From Octopus vulgaris (taxonomy: Eukaryota): a DNA stretch of 64,000 bases. Numbering within the stretch: position 1 is the stretch's first letter; every line of letters starts with the position of its first letter. The stretch is from the NCBI GenBank assembly GCA_951406725.2, contig OX597830.1, forward strand, positions 35,278,001 to 35,342,000. Direction: 5' to 3'. Positions 1-14,059 of this stretch are shown here, in pieces. The position numbers and the translations under genes were made by a program. The notes below the pieces were generated by a model. It saw only the letters and a program-made list of their open reading frames with translations. It was not told the DNA's origin and did no database searches.

Positions 1-254
1 CATACATCAAAACCATTTTTATTTTACTCGTATTCCATTTTCAATGTTATTATGTCGCTCGCTTTATTTCTCTTTTCTGTTCCATTTCTTTCTTTCTTTC
101 TTTGTTTCTTTCTTTCTTTCGTTTTTCGATTTTTTTTCTTATTACTTTTATTATATATTTGTATTATTTTATTTTATATCTATGTATTTTGCTTATTGCT
201 ATTATTTTGATATTCAGGCCTTGTATTAATTTATTGATATTATTTATTTTTTTC

Positions 255-291
<37 letters not shown>

Positions 292-353
292 TGTGTATGC
301 ATATACACATTTATGTATATACATATATAGATACACACACACACACATATATA

Positions 354-407
<54 letters not shown>

Positions 408-891
408 AATATACATAAATATATATACATATATATATATGTATATATGTATATATACATATATATGTGTGTATCTATGTAAACTTATATTTCAGTGTCT
501 TGTTTGTTTTCCTTTCTCTCTATTCCTTTCTCGTGTTTTGTTGTTGTTGTTGTTGTTATTGCTGTTATTGTTGCAGTTTTTGTTGTCGCATTTGTTGTTG
601 TTGTTGTTTTATAGTTTTTATTTCAGTCCATTCAGAAAGCTATAAGGCTGTAGTCTGGGAGTCGGCATATTCCATTCAATAGATATTACCTAATTTCGTA
701 TTATCACTGCTAGACCGACCACTGTCCGTTAATTTTTGTATATACGTGTCTCTCATTTTTATTTATTCTTTTTCAATCGTAATATCTTTGTCGTTTTTGT
801 CTTCCTTCTTTTTTTTTTCTAGCAGCAATTACTTTTTTATATGTGTTTTTTTTCTATATACATTTTTTCATATTATTTCTTTATCTACCAC

Positions 892-993
<102 letters not shown>

Positions 994-1260
994 CTTTAAT
1001 GTTGTTATTAATATTATTTTTATTTTTATTTTATTCATGTCATTCTCTTACTGTTTCCGGTTTGATGCGGTTCTGTGTTCGATTAATGATATTCTTGCTA
1101 TATATCTCTTAAAAAGATCAAAGTTATATAAATCTCCTAGGAATACATGATACAACTCACACACACAATCTCTCTCTCACACTTCTTTCTTCCTCTCTCA
1201 ATGCCACCCTCTCTCACTTTATGCTATTCTTTCTTCTGTAAATGTCCTTCTCACGTTTGG

Positions 1261-1304
<44 letters not shown>

Positions 1305-1426
1305 CCAAATATACATATATGTACATATGTATCTACACACATATATGCATATGTGTATACATATGATTATGTGTGTATATGCTGAGAGAAAGCGATAGAT
1401 TGATGGATATATAAATATAATGCAAC

Positions 1427-1457
<31 letters not shown>

Positions 1458-1887
1458 TATACGAATGTAAATATATGTATATACATATGTACATTCGCAC
1501 ATATGTAATGAGAAAGAGATAGAGAGATGAGTATATAGATATATACAGATATGTATGCATTCGGACATACATATATATGTATATACATACGTATATTTAT
1601 ATATGTACTCGCAAAGATAGGTATAACTATATATACGTATGATAGATTACATACATGTTGCATCTAGCTTTATATATGCATATATATATATATATGCGTG
1701 TATACATATGTGTACATATGTAATATGTATATATGTGCCTGTGCGTATTTTTGTATGTTTAGTTCATATATATATATGTATATATATGTATGTATATATA
1801 TAAATATGTATATATATACATATATATATATGTATATATATATATATGTTACATATATATACATATAAATATATATGTATATATGTA

Positions 1888-1942
<55 letters not shown>

Positions 1943-2209
1943 TATATGTATATCCGCTCTTACTATATATTTTATTTTTCTGTAAGTGGAAAAGAATTAG
2001 TAATTTTCTCGAACTGACACATTATTATTATTATTATTATCATTAGTTTACGTTTTTTTCGTTCAATGTCTGATAGTGGTGAGAGAAAAAGAAAATATTT
2101 GATAATATTACAATGTTTTGGGTTTCAACTTACCATAGTGGTGTTTATTATATAACCTAGTGCCATTTTGTTCCTTTGATATCATTTCGTTTGTCTTCTT
2201 TTTCTACTA

Positions 2210-2429
2210 TGATTATTATTATCATTATCATTATCCATATTATTATCGTCATTAATGTTATTATTTTCATCATTATCAATAATATTACTGTTGTTATTAT
2301 TATTATTATCATTATTATTAATATTATTATTATTATTATGATTATTATTATTATTGTTATTATTACTATTATTATTATTATCAGCATTATTATTATCATT
2401 ATTATAATCGTCACCTTCATTATTTCATC

Positions 2430-2470
<41 letters not shown>

Positions 2471-2684
2471 TATTATTCTTATTATCATTATCATGTCTGT
2501 ATTTCTATTGTTCCCTTCATCCTTCGCCCCGGTGGTAAATAAATGAAATCATCTTCGTTATTATGATTATTATTATTATTATTATGATTATTATTATTAT
2601 TATTTTTATCATTATTGTTCTTATTATTATCGTTGTTGTTGTTGTTGTTGTTGTTGCTGCTGCTGTTGTTGTTTTGTTGTCGTC

Positions 2685-2770
<86 letters not shown>
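2210..2770. repeat. Compound trinucleotide array (ATT/ATC/GTT)
   Basis: Consecutive degenerate ATT, CAT, GTT and TTA tracts. Confidence 0.93.
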
Positions 2771-2771
<1 letters not shown>

Positions 2772-3084
2772 CTTGTTAGGATTAATACTATCATTAATAT
2801 TACTGCAGCTACAACTACTAATAAAACATATTATACCAAAACATAATACTACTACCACTATCGATCTCTCTTCTAAATCTTCTTGTTGTTATGGTAGAGC
2901 ATAGTGATTATTATGTGTAGTTGTTGATGCTTTTGTATTTGTTTGCAAACTTTTATTATTCTGTTATTAATTTTATCATTTTCCTATATATATATATATG
3001 CAAATGTATAAATCTATGTGTCTATATATGTGTGTATGTATATATACATACATATATGTATGTATATATGTATATATATACACA

Positions 3085-3120
<36 letters not shown>

Positions 3121-3960
3121 TATATATATTATATATATGTGCATTATTATTATTGTTATTATTGTTGTTGCTGTTATTATTATTATTATTGTTATTATTA
3201 TTATTACATGTGATTGCAAATATGTGATTGGGCCATTTTTTATGTACAAGTGTGTAAATACAATGATATGTGTGTGTGTGTGTATGCATGTGTACTGTAA
3301 GTATATCTTCTTATCAACCATTTGTGCCTCGACATTTTTTGATTCTGTTTTTTTCTTTGGTATTTTTGTTGTTGCTTTTGTAATTCTTCTTCTTGTTGAT
3401 AATATTGTTGTTGCTAACAGATTGATAATGTTGAAAAAACAAACAGGATGAGAAGAATATTTCGCCATATCTATGCATAACCATCTTGTTGTATACATAT
3501 GCAAATAATTATGTATATATTTTGAATGATTACGTATCAGTACATTTACGTATACATGCTTACACATATATATGTATGCGTATGAATGTGTATCTGTGTG
3601 TACGTCTCTGTTTGTGTGTGTCCGTGTGTGTGTACATATATGCATTTAAATATCTATATATTTATATTTATATGCATATATCTATATGTAAATATATATG
3701 CAAATATACATTGACATATATATATATATATACATATATGAAAGCAATCATGGTAATATATACTGCATGCATACATATATTTTATACATATGTGTGTGAG
3801 TGTGTATATGTATGTATATATAGAGAGATATAGATAGAAAGGTAAATAGATATACATATTGACATACAAATATATGTATGCATACATATATAAATGTGTG
3901 TATATATATATATACACATAAATATATATATATATGTATATATGTACGTATGTGTGTATG

Positions 3961-4028
<68 letters not shown>

Positions 4029-4803
4029 AGAGAAAGCTAGATAGAGAGATAGATATATAAATAGTGATACGTAACTGTATAGATATGTTTGAATATTTGC
4101 AAGATTTTGTATGATTTATAATGTTTTGTTTTAGATACGGTTATATGCAGCATGATTGCATATTTTCATATATACATTTATTAATGATCAGACATAACGT
4201 AAAATAGAGGTATACATGTATTGGAAGCTTTGGATATGACAATATATGTATACGTGAGATGATATGATGATATGCACACAAACACACACAGGTATAGGCA
4301 TACGTACACTCACACATACATACTCACATATATTATAGGATGTATTGATACTTACAAATATAGATCTTGCGAATTTTACTTCATATATATATATATATAT
4401 ATACATGGAGATGGAGAGTGAGAAATAGATATACTTCTATATATATACATATATATATGTACGCATATATACATATATATATATACATAAATGTGTGTGT
4501 ATATACATATATAAATATATGTATTCCTTTTCCAGTATTTACTTTTGTATACACATAATGTATATCATATGTTTTTTTTTCTGATGACAACTGTTCCCCA
4601 AGCCTAGATCCCATATACATATACAGAATCATAAGAATGCTCAATCATATATACATTCATATATATTCCTACTAAGATATTTGCGTATCAATTCGCATGT
4701 AATGTAAAATAGTTTTTGTTTGGCAAATATACATGTATGCATCTATATACATTATACATACACTCACATATATATATATACATGCATACACACACACACA
4801 CTC

Positions 4804-4877
<74 letters not shown>

Positions 4878-5203
4878 ATATATCTCTATGGAGGTACGGA
4901 CATCGTTTCCCACATGCACCCACATTCCCGAAAATTTACTAGCCCAGAGGACACGCCCATTCTTTTCAAACTTGTAAATCTCATAGTTACGAGACTTGCT
5001 CTTTATCTTTCCTTATTTGTATCCACCATATTTTGCCTACCCTGTGTATATACGCTTTTATACATGCATGCTCATACAGACATCCATATATCTCCAAATA
5101 CCCAAACGCATATCTGTACATACCAATATATAGAGTGAGACATACATTCATATATATATATATGCATGAATATCTATATATGTACAAATATATAAGTGTG
5201 TAC

Positions 5204-5258
<55 letters not shown>

Positions 5259-5640
5259 TATACATTCATTCCGGCTCCTAGGTATGATTTTATGCCGAGA
5301 TTTTCATGAATTGTACACAAAAGATACATTAACTATCTGATGTTATTAGTAAGAACATTTAGTTACTTAATAGTTTTCTTGAGGTCAATAGGTCTCTTTG
5401 GATGAAATGTGAATAGATACGTATTTCTTTTCCCATTTCAGAAAAATAGAATCTAAAACTATCCACGATTTTCTAACTTAACATATCATCTGTTCTATAT
5501 ATGAGATGTGCACGCGAACTTTCTTAGAACGTCTACGTGTGTTAGTAATTGCGTTTTTTCAAAGAGGGAGCTCGTACCAATCCTTCGTGTAAGTGTTTAT
5601 ATATAGTTTCGTAGATCAGCAAGGAATTCCATCCAATAAA

Positions 5641-5725
5641 GGCGGCAATGTGGCAGAGTCGTTAGTGCAATAAATAGAATACATTACGGTATCTGTTCAG
5701 ACTCATTGCGTTCTATATGTAACCC
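5641..5725 (+). mobile_element. Degenerate head of tRNA-derived SINE family A
   Basis: ggcggcaatgtggcagagtcgttag resembles ggcgagctggcagaaaagttag of the copy at 56144. Confidence 0.5.
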
Positions 5726-5729
5726 CTGC

Positions 5730-5875
5730 ACGACAGGCACAAATGGAAAGGAATATTGAGGACCCGGTCATTGGCCTTTGAACTCAAATAAACATCGGTG
5801 GCGTGGAAAGAAGAAACTTGCATGTTAAATCTGTTCAAGAAATCTTGTCCAAACTGCACAGATTGTTATGTGCAA
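5730..5875 (+). mobile_element. Possible RTE-clade LINE 3' fragment
   Basis: Translates DRHKWKGILRTRSLAFELK followed by CPNC, resembling the RTE C-terminal DR..W...FE segment and zinc finger. Confidence 0.4.
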
Positions 5876-5893
5876 TATACATCAACTGATTCC

Positions 5894-5960
<67 letters not shown>

Positions 5961-5974
5961 TTATATATACATAC

Positions 5975-6084
<110 letters not shown>

Positions 6085-6094
6085 TTAAGTGTGT

Positions 6095-6298
6095 GTATGT
6101 GTTTGTGTGTCTTTGTGTACAACATCGGTTGACAACCGATGCTAGTGTGTTTACGTCACCGTAACTTAGCGGTTCGGCAAAAGAGACCGATAGAATAAGT
6201 ACTAGGCTTACAAAGAATAAGTCCTGGGGTCGATTTGCTCGACTAAATGCGGTGCTCCATCATGGCCACAATCAAATGAGTGAAACAAGTAAAAGAGT
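6095..6298 (+). mobile_element. SINE family B, 3' half
   Basis: ttgacaaccgatgct...cttagcggttcggcaaaagagaccgatagaataagtact...gaaacaagtaaaagag closely matches 35390-35560. Confidence 0.9.
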
Positions 6299-6339
6299 GT
6301 ATATGCGATTGTGCATGTACGGGCACATAAACATACGCA

Positions 6340-6396
<57 letters not shown>

Positions 6397-6816
6397 CGTG
6401 TGTGTGTGTGTGTGTGTGTGTATGTTCGTGTGTGTGATCTGTCTTAATATTACCACTTTTACATTAATCAGGCGGATTACTCAATTCTTTTACAGAGGCA
6501 CAAATTTATTATTTTTAAATGGTACGTTGACAGTGTGCTTGAACTTTCAGACTACATTTCGACGATGAGTTAACTGATTGAAACTTCGAAATTCCTGTCA
6601 ATAAAATTCCAGTTTAGGAATACTAGTATTTTTTTTTTTTTTTGTTTTTTGATAAATCCGATAACGGTAGAAAGCGTTAAAATGTTGATAACATGTAAAT
6701 AAATAATAATAATATATATATAATCATCCAACTACCTTATTATTCTAATTACACAATATTTGTACATCACTTCAAAACTTATATATATATATATATATAC
6801 ATATATACATATATAC

Positions 6817-6848
<32 letters not shown>

Positions 6849-6849
6849 G

Positions 6850-6958
<109 letters not shown>

Positions 6959-7069
6959 CGGAGATGTACTTGCATAGCTAGTGATTTGATCTGAGATCGT
7001 GTGCTGGAACGAAAACAATTGCAGCGTGGAAGGTGTTTGTAAGCCATTTAAGAAACACCTTCCACGCTG

Positions 7070-7118
<49 letters not shown>

Positions 7119-7220
7119 GGAGTAAACACATAAATGTGAAACAAGGTGGAAAAAAGAGTACTCAAATACCAGTGGTAGAGTAATATGCTTTATTTTAAGC
7201 AGCAGAAAATTCAACAAAAT

Positions 7221-7258
7221 CTGTTACTCTGAGTTTCTCGTTGCCGTTCATCAGACAA
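7221..7258 (-). ncRNA. Minimal type I hammerhead ribozyme motif (Penelope-type)
   Basis: Minus strand reads TGT-CTGATGA-ACG GCAA CGA-GAAA-CTC A GAG-TA-ACA: intact CUGAUGA/GAAA core, near-palindromic stem III, GUA triplet, stem I TGT/ACA. Stem II closing pair is an A/A mismatch. Confidence 0.7.
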
Positions 7259-7276
7259 AAACTGTTCTAGCAAAAA

Positions 7277-7314
7277 CTGTCTGATGAACGGCAACGAGAA
7301 ACTCATTGTAAGAG
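7277..7314 (+). ncRNA. Hammerhead motif, degraded mirror copy
   Basis: ctgtCTGATGAacggcaacgaGAAActcattgtaagag: core intact, stems III and I disrupted by 3 substitutions relative to the other arm. Confidence 0.5.
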
Positions 7315-7734
7315 ATTTTGTTGAATTTTCTGCTGCTTAAAATAAAGTATATATATATATATATATGTTTTGAAGTGATGTACAGATATTGTGTAATTAG
7401 AATTCTCCATCTAGGGTGAAGACGTGTCCGATCCAGTTCCAGCATCTGCATCTTATTTTGTCATTTCTCCTTTTACTGCCGTTGTCACACTGCAGTTGTA
7501 CAATTTCAGTTTCTTCGCAGCTACTTGATGTCATATATTCTCCTCAAGCATGGGAGTTGAAAGCAGTCTATCCCATTTTTTTTCTTTTTTTGTTTCTCTG
7601 TTTATAGGTTCAATCAATGAATGCAAGCTCATCCCACCTTAATGGTAGTGACGCTAATACTTTAGCTTCTACTTATACGATGAATGATAGTATTTATCAC
7701 GATGAGATGCTTACGGAGACCCCCATCTACTGGC

Positions 7735-8075
7735 AGTAAGAAAACCTGTAACTGTCGAGTTTTAGAAAGTTGTCGTCTGACTGGTAATTGTTTGTACTAT
7801 AACGTTTCGTATAAATGTACGATCACAACTTCATGTTCCTACCAAACTAAGGTCTACATCGAGGGGCGATTTTCTTCAAGCCTTCCTACCTGCTCAAATA
7901 GGAATTCTATATAGCCGAATTCCCAAAAGATTTATATTCAACGCCTAATAAACTATTCTGGCCTCTTAAGCACCGTGGAATTCCCTACAAAGCAGATCAA
8001 GACATCTGTAAATTATGTCGCTGAGTGTCTCTCACTACACTACGCTAAAAGAGACATCTTCCTTTAATCGATTGT
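7735..8075 (+). pseudogene. Penelope-like element GIY-YIG endonuclease relic
   Basis: KKTCNCRVLESCRLTGNCLYYNVSYKCTITT...KVYIEG fits the CNCR..CPL.G.CL...VY...YIG pattern of PLE endonucleases; downstream WPLKHRGIPY and CKLC motifs; interrupted reading frame. Confidence 0.75.
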
Positions 8076-8722
8076 GGGGCGTAATCTTTGCTTGTAGCGT
8101 AATTTCTACGGGATCTTTCCTCATTATCTAAAATTAATATAACTTTACATCTTATCTACAATTCTCTTTTACTCACTGTATTTTCTTCTTTTTCTACATA
8201 CCTACTTCCAAATCATAGCGCTTAATTTCCGCCGCTACCCTTTTCCCTCTCCTCTGGTATTCTTAACCGTTCCATCTTTTCTGTAAACTACTACTCGATA
8301 TTTTGAACTCACAACAACGTTTCTTCAGCCAGCTATTAACATTACATTTTCTATATCTAGTCTTTGTCAAGTAATATCTTTATCTCGTGCCCCCACCCCT
8401 AAACTATTTAATAATTATTTAATAATTCCCTCTGCTTCCTCCCAGGTTTTCGTCACTAACTCACGGGGTTTTCTTTTAAACTTTTATATTTGTAAAAACT
8501 ACAAGGAAATACGCATTTGCCACATTCCACTAGAGAAGGGAGGCCAACATTATTTTAACAATTTCATTCTGCTTTGTCACAGGACGCGCAGCTATGACAT
8601 CATGCATATATTACATATGGATATGGTTATACGCAAGTTAATGTCGTTAAGGAACAGCTGTCGAGATAAGATTTGACATAATTCTTCTCTTTCTTTATTT
8701 CTCTGCTTTCTTTATTTTGTAA

Positions 8723-9119
8723 CTAGCAGTATCATCCGGCGTTGCTCGGGTTTGTAAGGGAAATAACTATATAAGCATTTTTAGAGAGTTATAGCCAAAA
8801 AATAGCAAAAAAATGCATTAAAAATGGAAAAAAAATGATGGTAATTTTTTTTTAAATCGTTGACCCATCGTAGACATTTTTAGAGAGTTACTTCCCTTAT
8901 ATGATAGCGAAACAAATGCACTAAAATGGAAAAAATGATGGTAACTTTTTTTTTAAATCGTAGACTCACCGTAGACGCGCGCTAATACCCAGAAAGGCTC
9001 GATATGAATCACGACTATAAGATGCCCAGTTTTGGTTAAACTGCACCGCAAAATGTGGGAGTAGTTAGGAATCTAAATCGTAGGAAACAGACACACAACT
9101 TGACTTTTATATATAAAGA
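8723..9119 (-). mobile_element. Non-autonomous Helitron
   Basis: Minus strand starts A|TCTTTATATATAAAAG and ends CCCGAGCAACGCCGGATGATACTGCTAG|T: 5' TC, subterminal hairpin, 3' CTAG, A/T insertion site, no TSD. Confidence 0.88.
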
Positions 9120-9814
9120 TTTATATTTCGTACTCCGTATAAGTATACGTCTGATGCATACCTTTGTTTATTTGCCTTACTGCCGGCTAATTACATATAT
9201 ATACACATACGCACACATACAAACACGTGCAGCACACACACATATATAAACCAATTTACTGGCATTTACATGTTTCCCACAGGATACATTCTTGTGACCT
9301 CACATTGCATGTATGTATGTGTGTCTCTGTGTGTCATGGCAAGTCATCTACAGTTACTGTACGGAGAGACAAAATGCATGTATCATTAATGTAGTATATA
9401 ATTTGTGAATATGTCTAAATTTATCGTTAGTTTTCTATCTCTAGATAATCAAATGAAAGTTTACATCGTAGCTTGCTAGTTTGTAGAAAAGCTATGCTAT
9501 GTAAAATAAACCTGTTAGAATATATTATGAATGCTTTGTCAATGCCACTCTTTAGTTACGATATGTTGCTGAACGTTGCTTAGGGACAGGGTGAAAACAA
9601 TGTTAAGGGAGCGGTTAGAGAGCGGTAAAAATTGCCTCGTAGTAAACAGAGTTTACATCTGTCTTTCAGGTTTTAGGCGTTAGTAAATTCATTTATCCGC
9701 AGAATTCTCACCCGAGAATAGATACTTTAAGAGAGTAGATCTCAAATTTATATATCTGCGCACGTATGCACGTACTCACATACACGCACATATACATATG
9801 TATGCGTGTGTGTC

Positions 9815-10060
9815 TGTCTTTGTGTCTGTGTCTGTCCCCTCACCATCACTTGACAACCGATGTTGTGTTTACGTGACTGTAAACCAGTGGTTCAGCACGA
9901 AAAGACCGATAAAGCACTAGACTAACAAAGAATAAGTCCTGGAATCAATTTCCAGGCTGGAACACCGCGGTGGTGTTTCATGCCGGAACACCGCCTTAAA
10001 GGCGGTGTTCCAGCATGGCCGCAATCAAATAACTGAAACCAGTAAAAGAGTAAAAGAAAG
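9815..10060 (+). mobile_element. SINE family B, 3' half (diverged, internal fold-back)
   Basis: cttgacaaccgatg...aaagaccgat...aagaataagtcctgg...ggcggtgttccagcatggcc...gtaaaagagtaaaag. Confidence 0.85.
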
Positions 10061-10137
10061 AATATATAGATACACGGATATGAGTGTGTGTGTGCGTGGT
10101 GTGTGTGTGTGTGTGTGTGTGTGTGTCCGTGTGTGTG

Positions 10138-10175
<38 letters not shown>

Positions 10176-11189
10176 TAGATATATTCAGAAAGATATACTT
10201 AAAAATACATCAAACTTATTGCATATTCCATCTTCTAATTATGAGAAATACGATTATTATATCGAGCTTTATGAATACTATGAAGCTTTTTGAAACAGCT
10301 GTCGAGTTCAGAAACAATATATTCCTTTGTTAGTGATATCGCGTGTCCATTTATATCATTGGTCTTTGTTTATCGGACATCATGCGTAAAAGCACGGCGT
10401 TATGCTTGTGCTGTAATAATTTCAGTAAATACTAGTATATTTCTTAATGGCAAAGCTGAGTTTTGCACAATCTAAATTCTAACCTTATTTTTTCCCCATA
10501 ATACCAAAGTACAACTTGAAACATTGGGAAGATATTATTGACAAATGCCCATTTCCAAAATTGATGGTCTTCAGCATTCTTCATAAATGGTGACGAATAT
10601 TACGTTTGTTGCTGCTATTAGTAATACAATCGTCATCGTCAACATCCTCATCGACACCATCATCATCATCATCAGCATCATCATCATCATCATTATTATT
10701 ATTGTTGTTGTTGCTGTTGTTATCATTGCGTATAATTATTTTCCCGCAAAATCCACGGGGAGCTAAATCGTGAGAGATCAATATATAAGAAACTTGCATT
10801 ACATTTAATGCTTGAAACAGAAAGAGAAATTTACAAAGATACATGCCCACACACATTCATGTGTGTAAGTATATTTGTGCGTTTGTATGGTTGTATGAAC
10901 GCATATATATAGATATGTATGTGTGTATGTAGCTATAATTGTATATATTTGTTATTGCTAATTTTTGAATTGCCATATATCCAAAGGTGCCATCTTCTAC
11001 TTTACTTATATAATTCATGCAGTTTTTTTTTCTGTTCCAGATATCATATTGTTTGTTTTGTTACCATCTCTGCTCAATAAAACTAGAGCATCATTCTTCT
11101 CCAACATACTATACAGCAAACACAGCCCTCATAAACAGAGTTTTAATACACACATATATGTATACACACCTACATAAATACATTTATAA

Positions 11190-11265
<76 letters not shown>

Positions 11266-11406
11266 CAATATATGTGTGAATGTATGTGTGTGTGTGTGAG
11301 TGTGTGTGAGTGTGTGAGTATGTGTGTGAGTGTGTGTGTATATATTTGTATGATTTATGCATGTGTATATCAATTTATGTACATTTTCTATGTATATATG
11401 ACTATG

Positions 11407-11439
<33 letters not shown>

Positions 11440-12024
11440 GTATATATATACACACATATATATAACATGTATATATATATACATATACATTTATATATAT
11501 ATATACGTACATATATATATAAGTATATACATGCATATATACACACATAGCATGTATATGTGTATATACCATCATATATGCAAGCACACACAAATAGACG
11601 TTGCTTAACATATAGGAACAGAAATAATATTTAAAGAAAAGCAGAAAAAAAAATAAATATAAATATATATAAAAATACGGAAATGAAGAATTATATTTCT
11701 CATTTCCGCACTTAAACCCCATGGATTCTCATGGATTTGCTGGCTTTCGTAATTTTTATATACATAGTCGTGCAAATCTTGTTCGCTGTTTCGCAGTTGT
11801 CTCATCGTATTCTCTTGCAACATTCGTAACAGCTTTTCCACATAGAGTTACTCTCTCCATCACTCACTAACTCTCTCCTTACATTCTTAGTTGCTCTCTC
11901 CAAACATATACCCATACATTCTCATGCACACGCGCGTGCGTACACAGTGATGTACACACTCACTTACACACACACACACACACTTACACACACATCAATA
12001 TACATCTAATATATATATGCTTGC

Positions 12025-12082
<58 letters not shown>

Positions 12083-12372
12083 ACATATATATGCATATAC
12101 ATATATATCAATATCACATATGTGTGGAGGTATTTGCCTGTATATAAGTCTTGCATGATGTGTCTATTTGCCTCTCAATCTTTCTTTCATTCACTTTATC
12201 AATTCTCTGTGCCGACCTGACTCATAATTACTCAATGCGAGGTTTTTATCAGATACGCCCTCTCTGTCTGTCTGTCTCTCTCTCTTTCTCTCTCCCTCCT
12301 TCTGCTTCACAGGGATTCTCTCATGTAGCATATATACATATATATTTGTATGTATGTATGTAAATACATATA

Positions 12373-12475
<103 letters not shown>

Positions 12476-13467
12476 CATATATATAACTATATATATAATG
12501 TCTACTTATATATATGTATATACATATATGATATATACGCGTATATATATATATATATATATTGCTCTCTGTATATATGCTGATATGTATACCTACATAG
12601 GCACTAACACAGAAAATAAAAAAAATTATGGATTGAGTATGATTTGAAAAATAACACTAGAAGTCTCATAATAATTTTCTGTGTATGTGTATTTAATTGC
12701 ATATACATGTTTGCCCGTACACATTGGTCGGAACATATATATATACATATATAGATATATATATTTGTGTGATTGAGTGTTCGTGTGCGTGTATGTATGT
12801 GTATTTGTACGTGTGTACGTATGTGTATATACATAGATGTATGCGTTTATATATGTATAATGATGTGTCTATATGCTTGCTTCCTAACCCAAGTTGCACT
12901 ATTTCATAGCTGACATTTTTCATGCTGTTTTATTGTCTTTTAAATTGTTTCTATGTTTACGTTCATTCAACAATCCACTAATACCACCATTTTTTTTTTT
13001 TTGTTATGCTTACCAGTCTGTTGTTCAGAATTGTATGTAGAAACAATAAACGTCTTTTGCAAAAAAAAAAAAAAAAAGAAAAAAAGATCGACTGAAGAAA
13101 AACTTACATACGTTCATAGCAATTTAATTGGAAACATCGGAGAGATTAAGATACCAAGCCATTTCCCTGCATGTAAAAATATAGGTTGGAATTCAAAAAA
13201 TAGGATTATCAAACGAATTTCTGAAACATATTGTAACTTTGTTTTAGAATCTCTTCGTTAATGGTTTATCCGGAATAAATCGCGAACTAAGAAGTATAAC
13301 TCAGCGTGGGCAAGATGTGCTCATGACATTAGTGCCACTACACGTTATATTGCGTAAATGTCTTCTACAATACCCGGAACAGTACAAAGCCTCGTGAGTG
13401 GCTTTGGCAAAGGAGAACTGAAGGAACTCGTCACAAGTGTGTCCTTATATATATATATGTGTATGTG

Positions 13468-13554
<87 letters not shown>

Positions 13555-14059
13555 TGTGTGCGTGCGTGTATATATATAGTATCGGATTAAAAGCAGCGCT
13601 AATAATGCAAACATTATCGATGACACATGCGTGGTGCATGTGTTTTGTTTAGGCGCCTATTACTTGCGGGATAGCGTAGTGGGAAATACCCCTTCACGAT
13701 GCATAGTGTTAAAAAGAAACGTGGAATATCGAAAAACATAGACTGTAATATCTATCGAACTATTGATATCCACCGTTCTCTTTTACCTTCGGGGCGTTTT
13801 GTATCGCCTACTTTCAGACATTTAGTGTTTTTCTAACACTCAATATTATGAAGAGACGATTCATTGGACGCTATTCCTCAGTTAACGGGGGTTTAAACAA
13901 ATCACATATTATTTGTCTTTGTTACCGATAATGTTTAGGTCATTAGTTCTACTTTTAATTCAAAATTAAATTTTGTCTCAGATGTGCTACTCCTCAACAC
14001 ATCAGCAAATATACTTTGCATTCGTAAACCTAACGCTTCATTCAGCCATGTCTCGGCAA

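Larger units (their letters stand above)
7097..7352. mobile_element. Penelope-like pLTR fragment in inverted (fold-back) arrangement
   Basis: 75-bp inverted arms 7183-7257 and 7278-7352 (4 mismatches), each with a hammerhead-like motif; (TA)n on both sides; related copy at 51340-51460. Confidence 0.7.

Noticed and set aside
4081-4099. agatatgtttgaatatttg resembles mature miR-190
   Set aside because: One-base gap relative to the mature sequence as I recall it, and no complementary arm nearby to form a precursor hairpin; likely chance in AT-rich DNA.
11700-11845. Non-repetitive minus-strand ORF segment (EKLLRMLQENTMRQLRNSEQDLHDY...)
   Set aside because: Short, with no recognisable motif and no convincing splice sites; cannot be supported as an exon without homology or RNA data.
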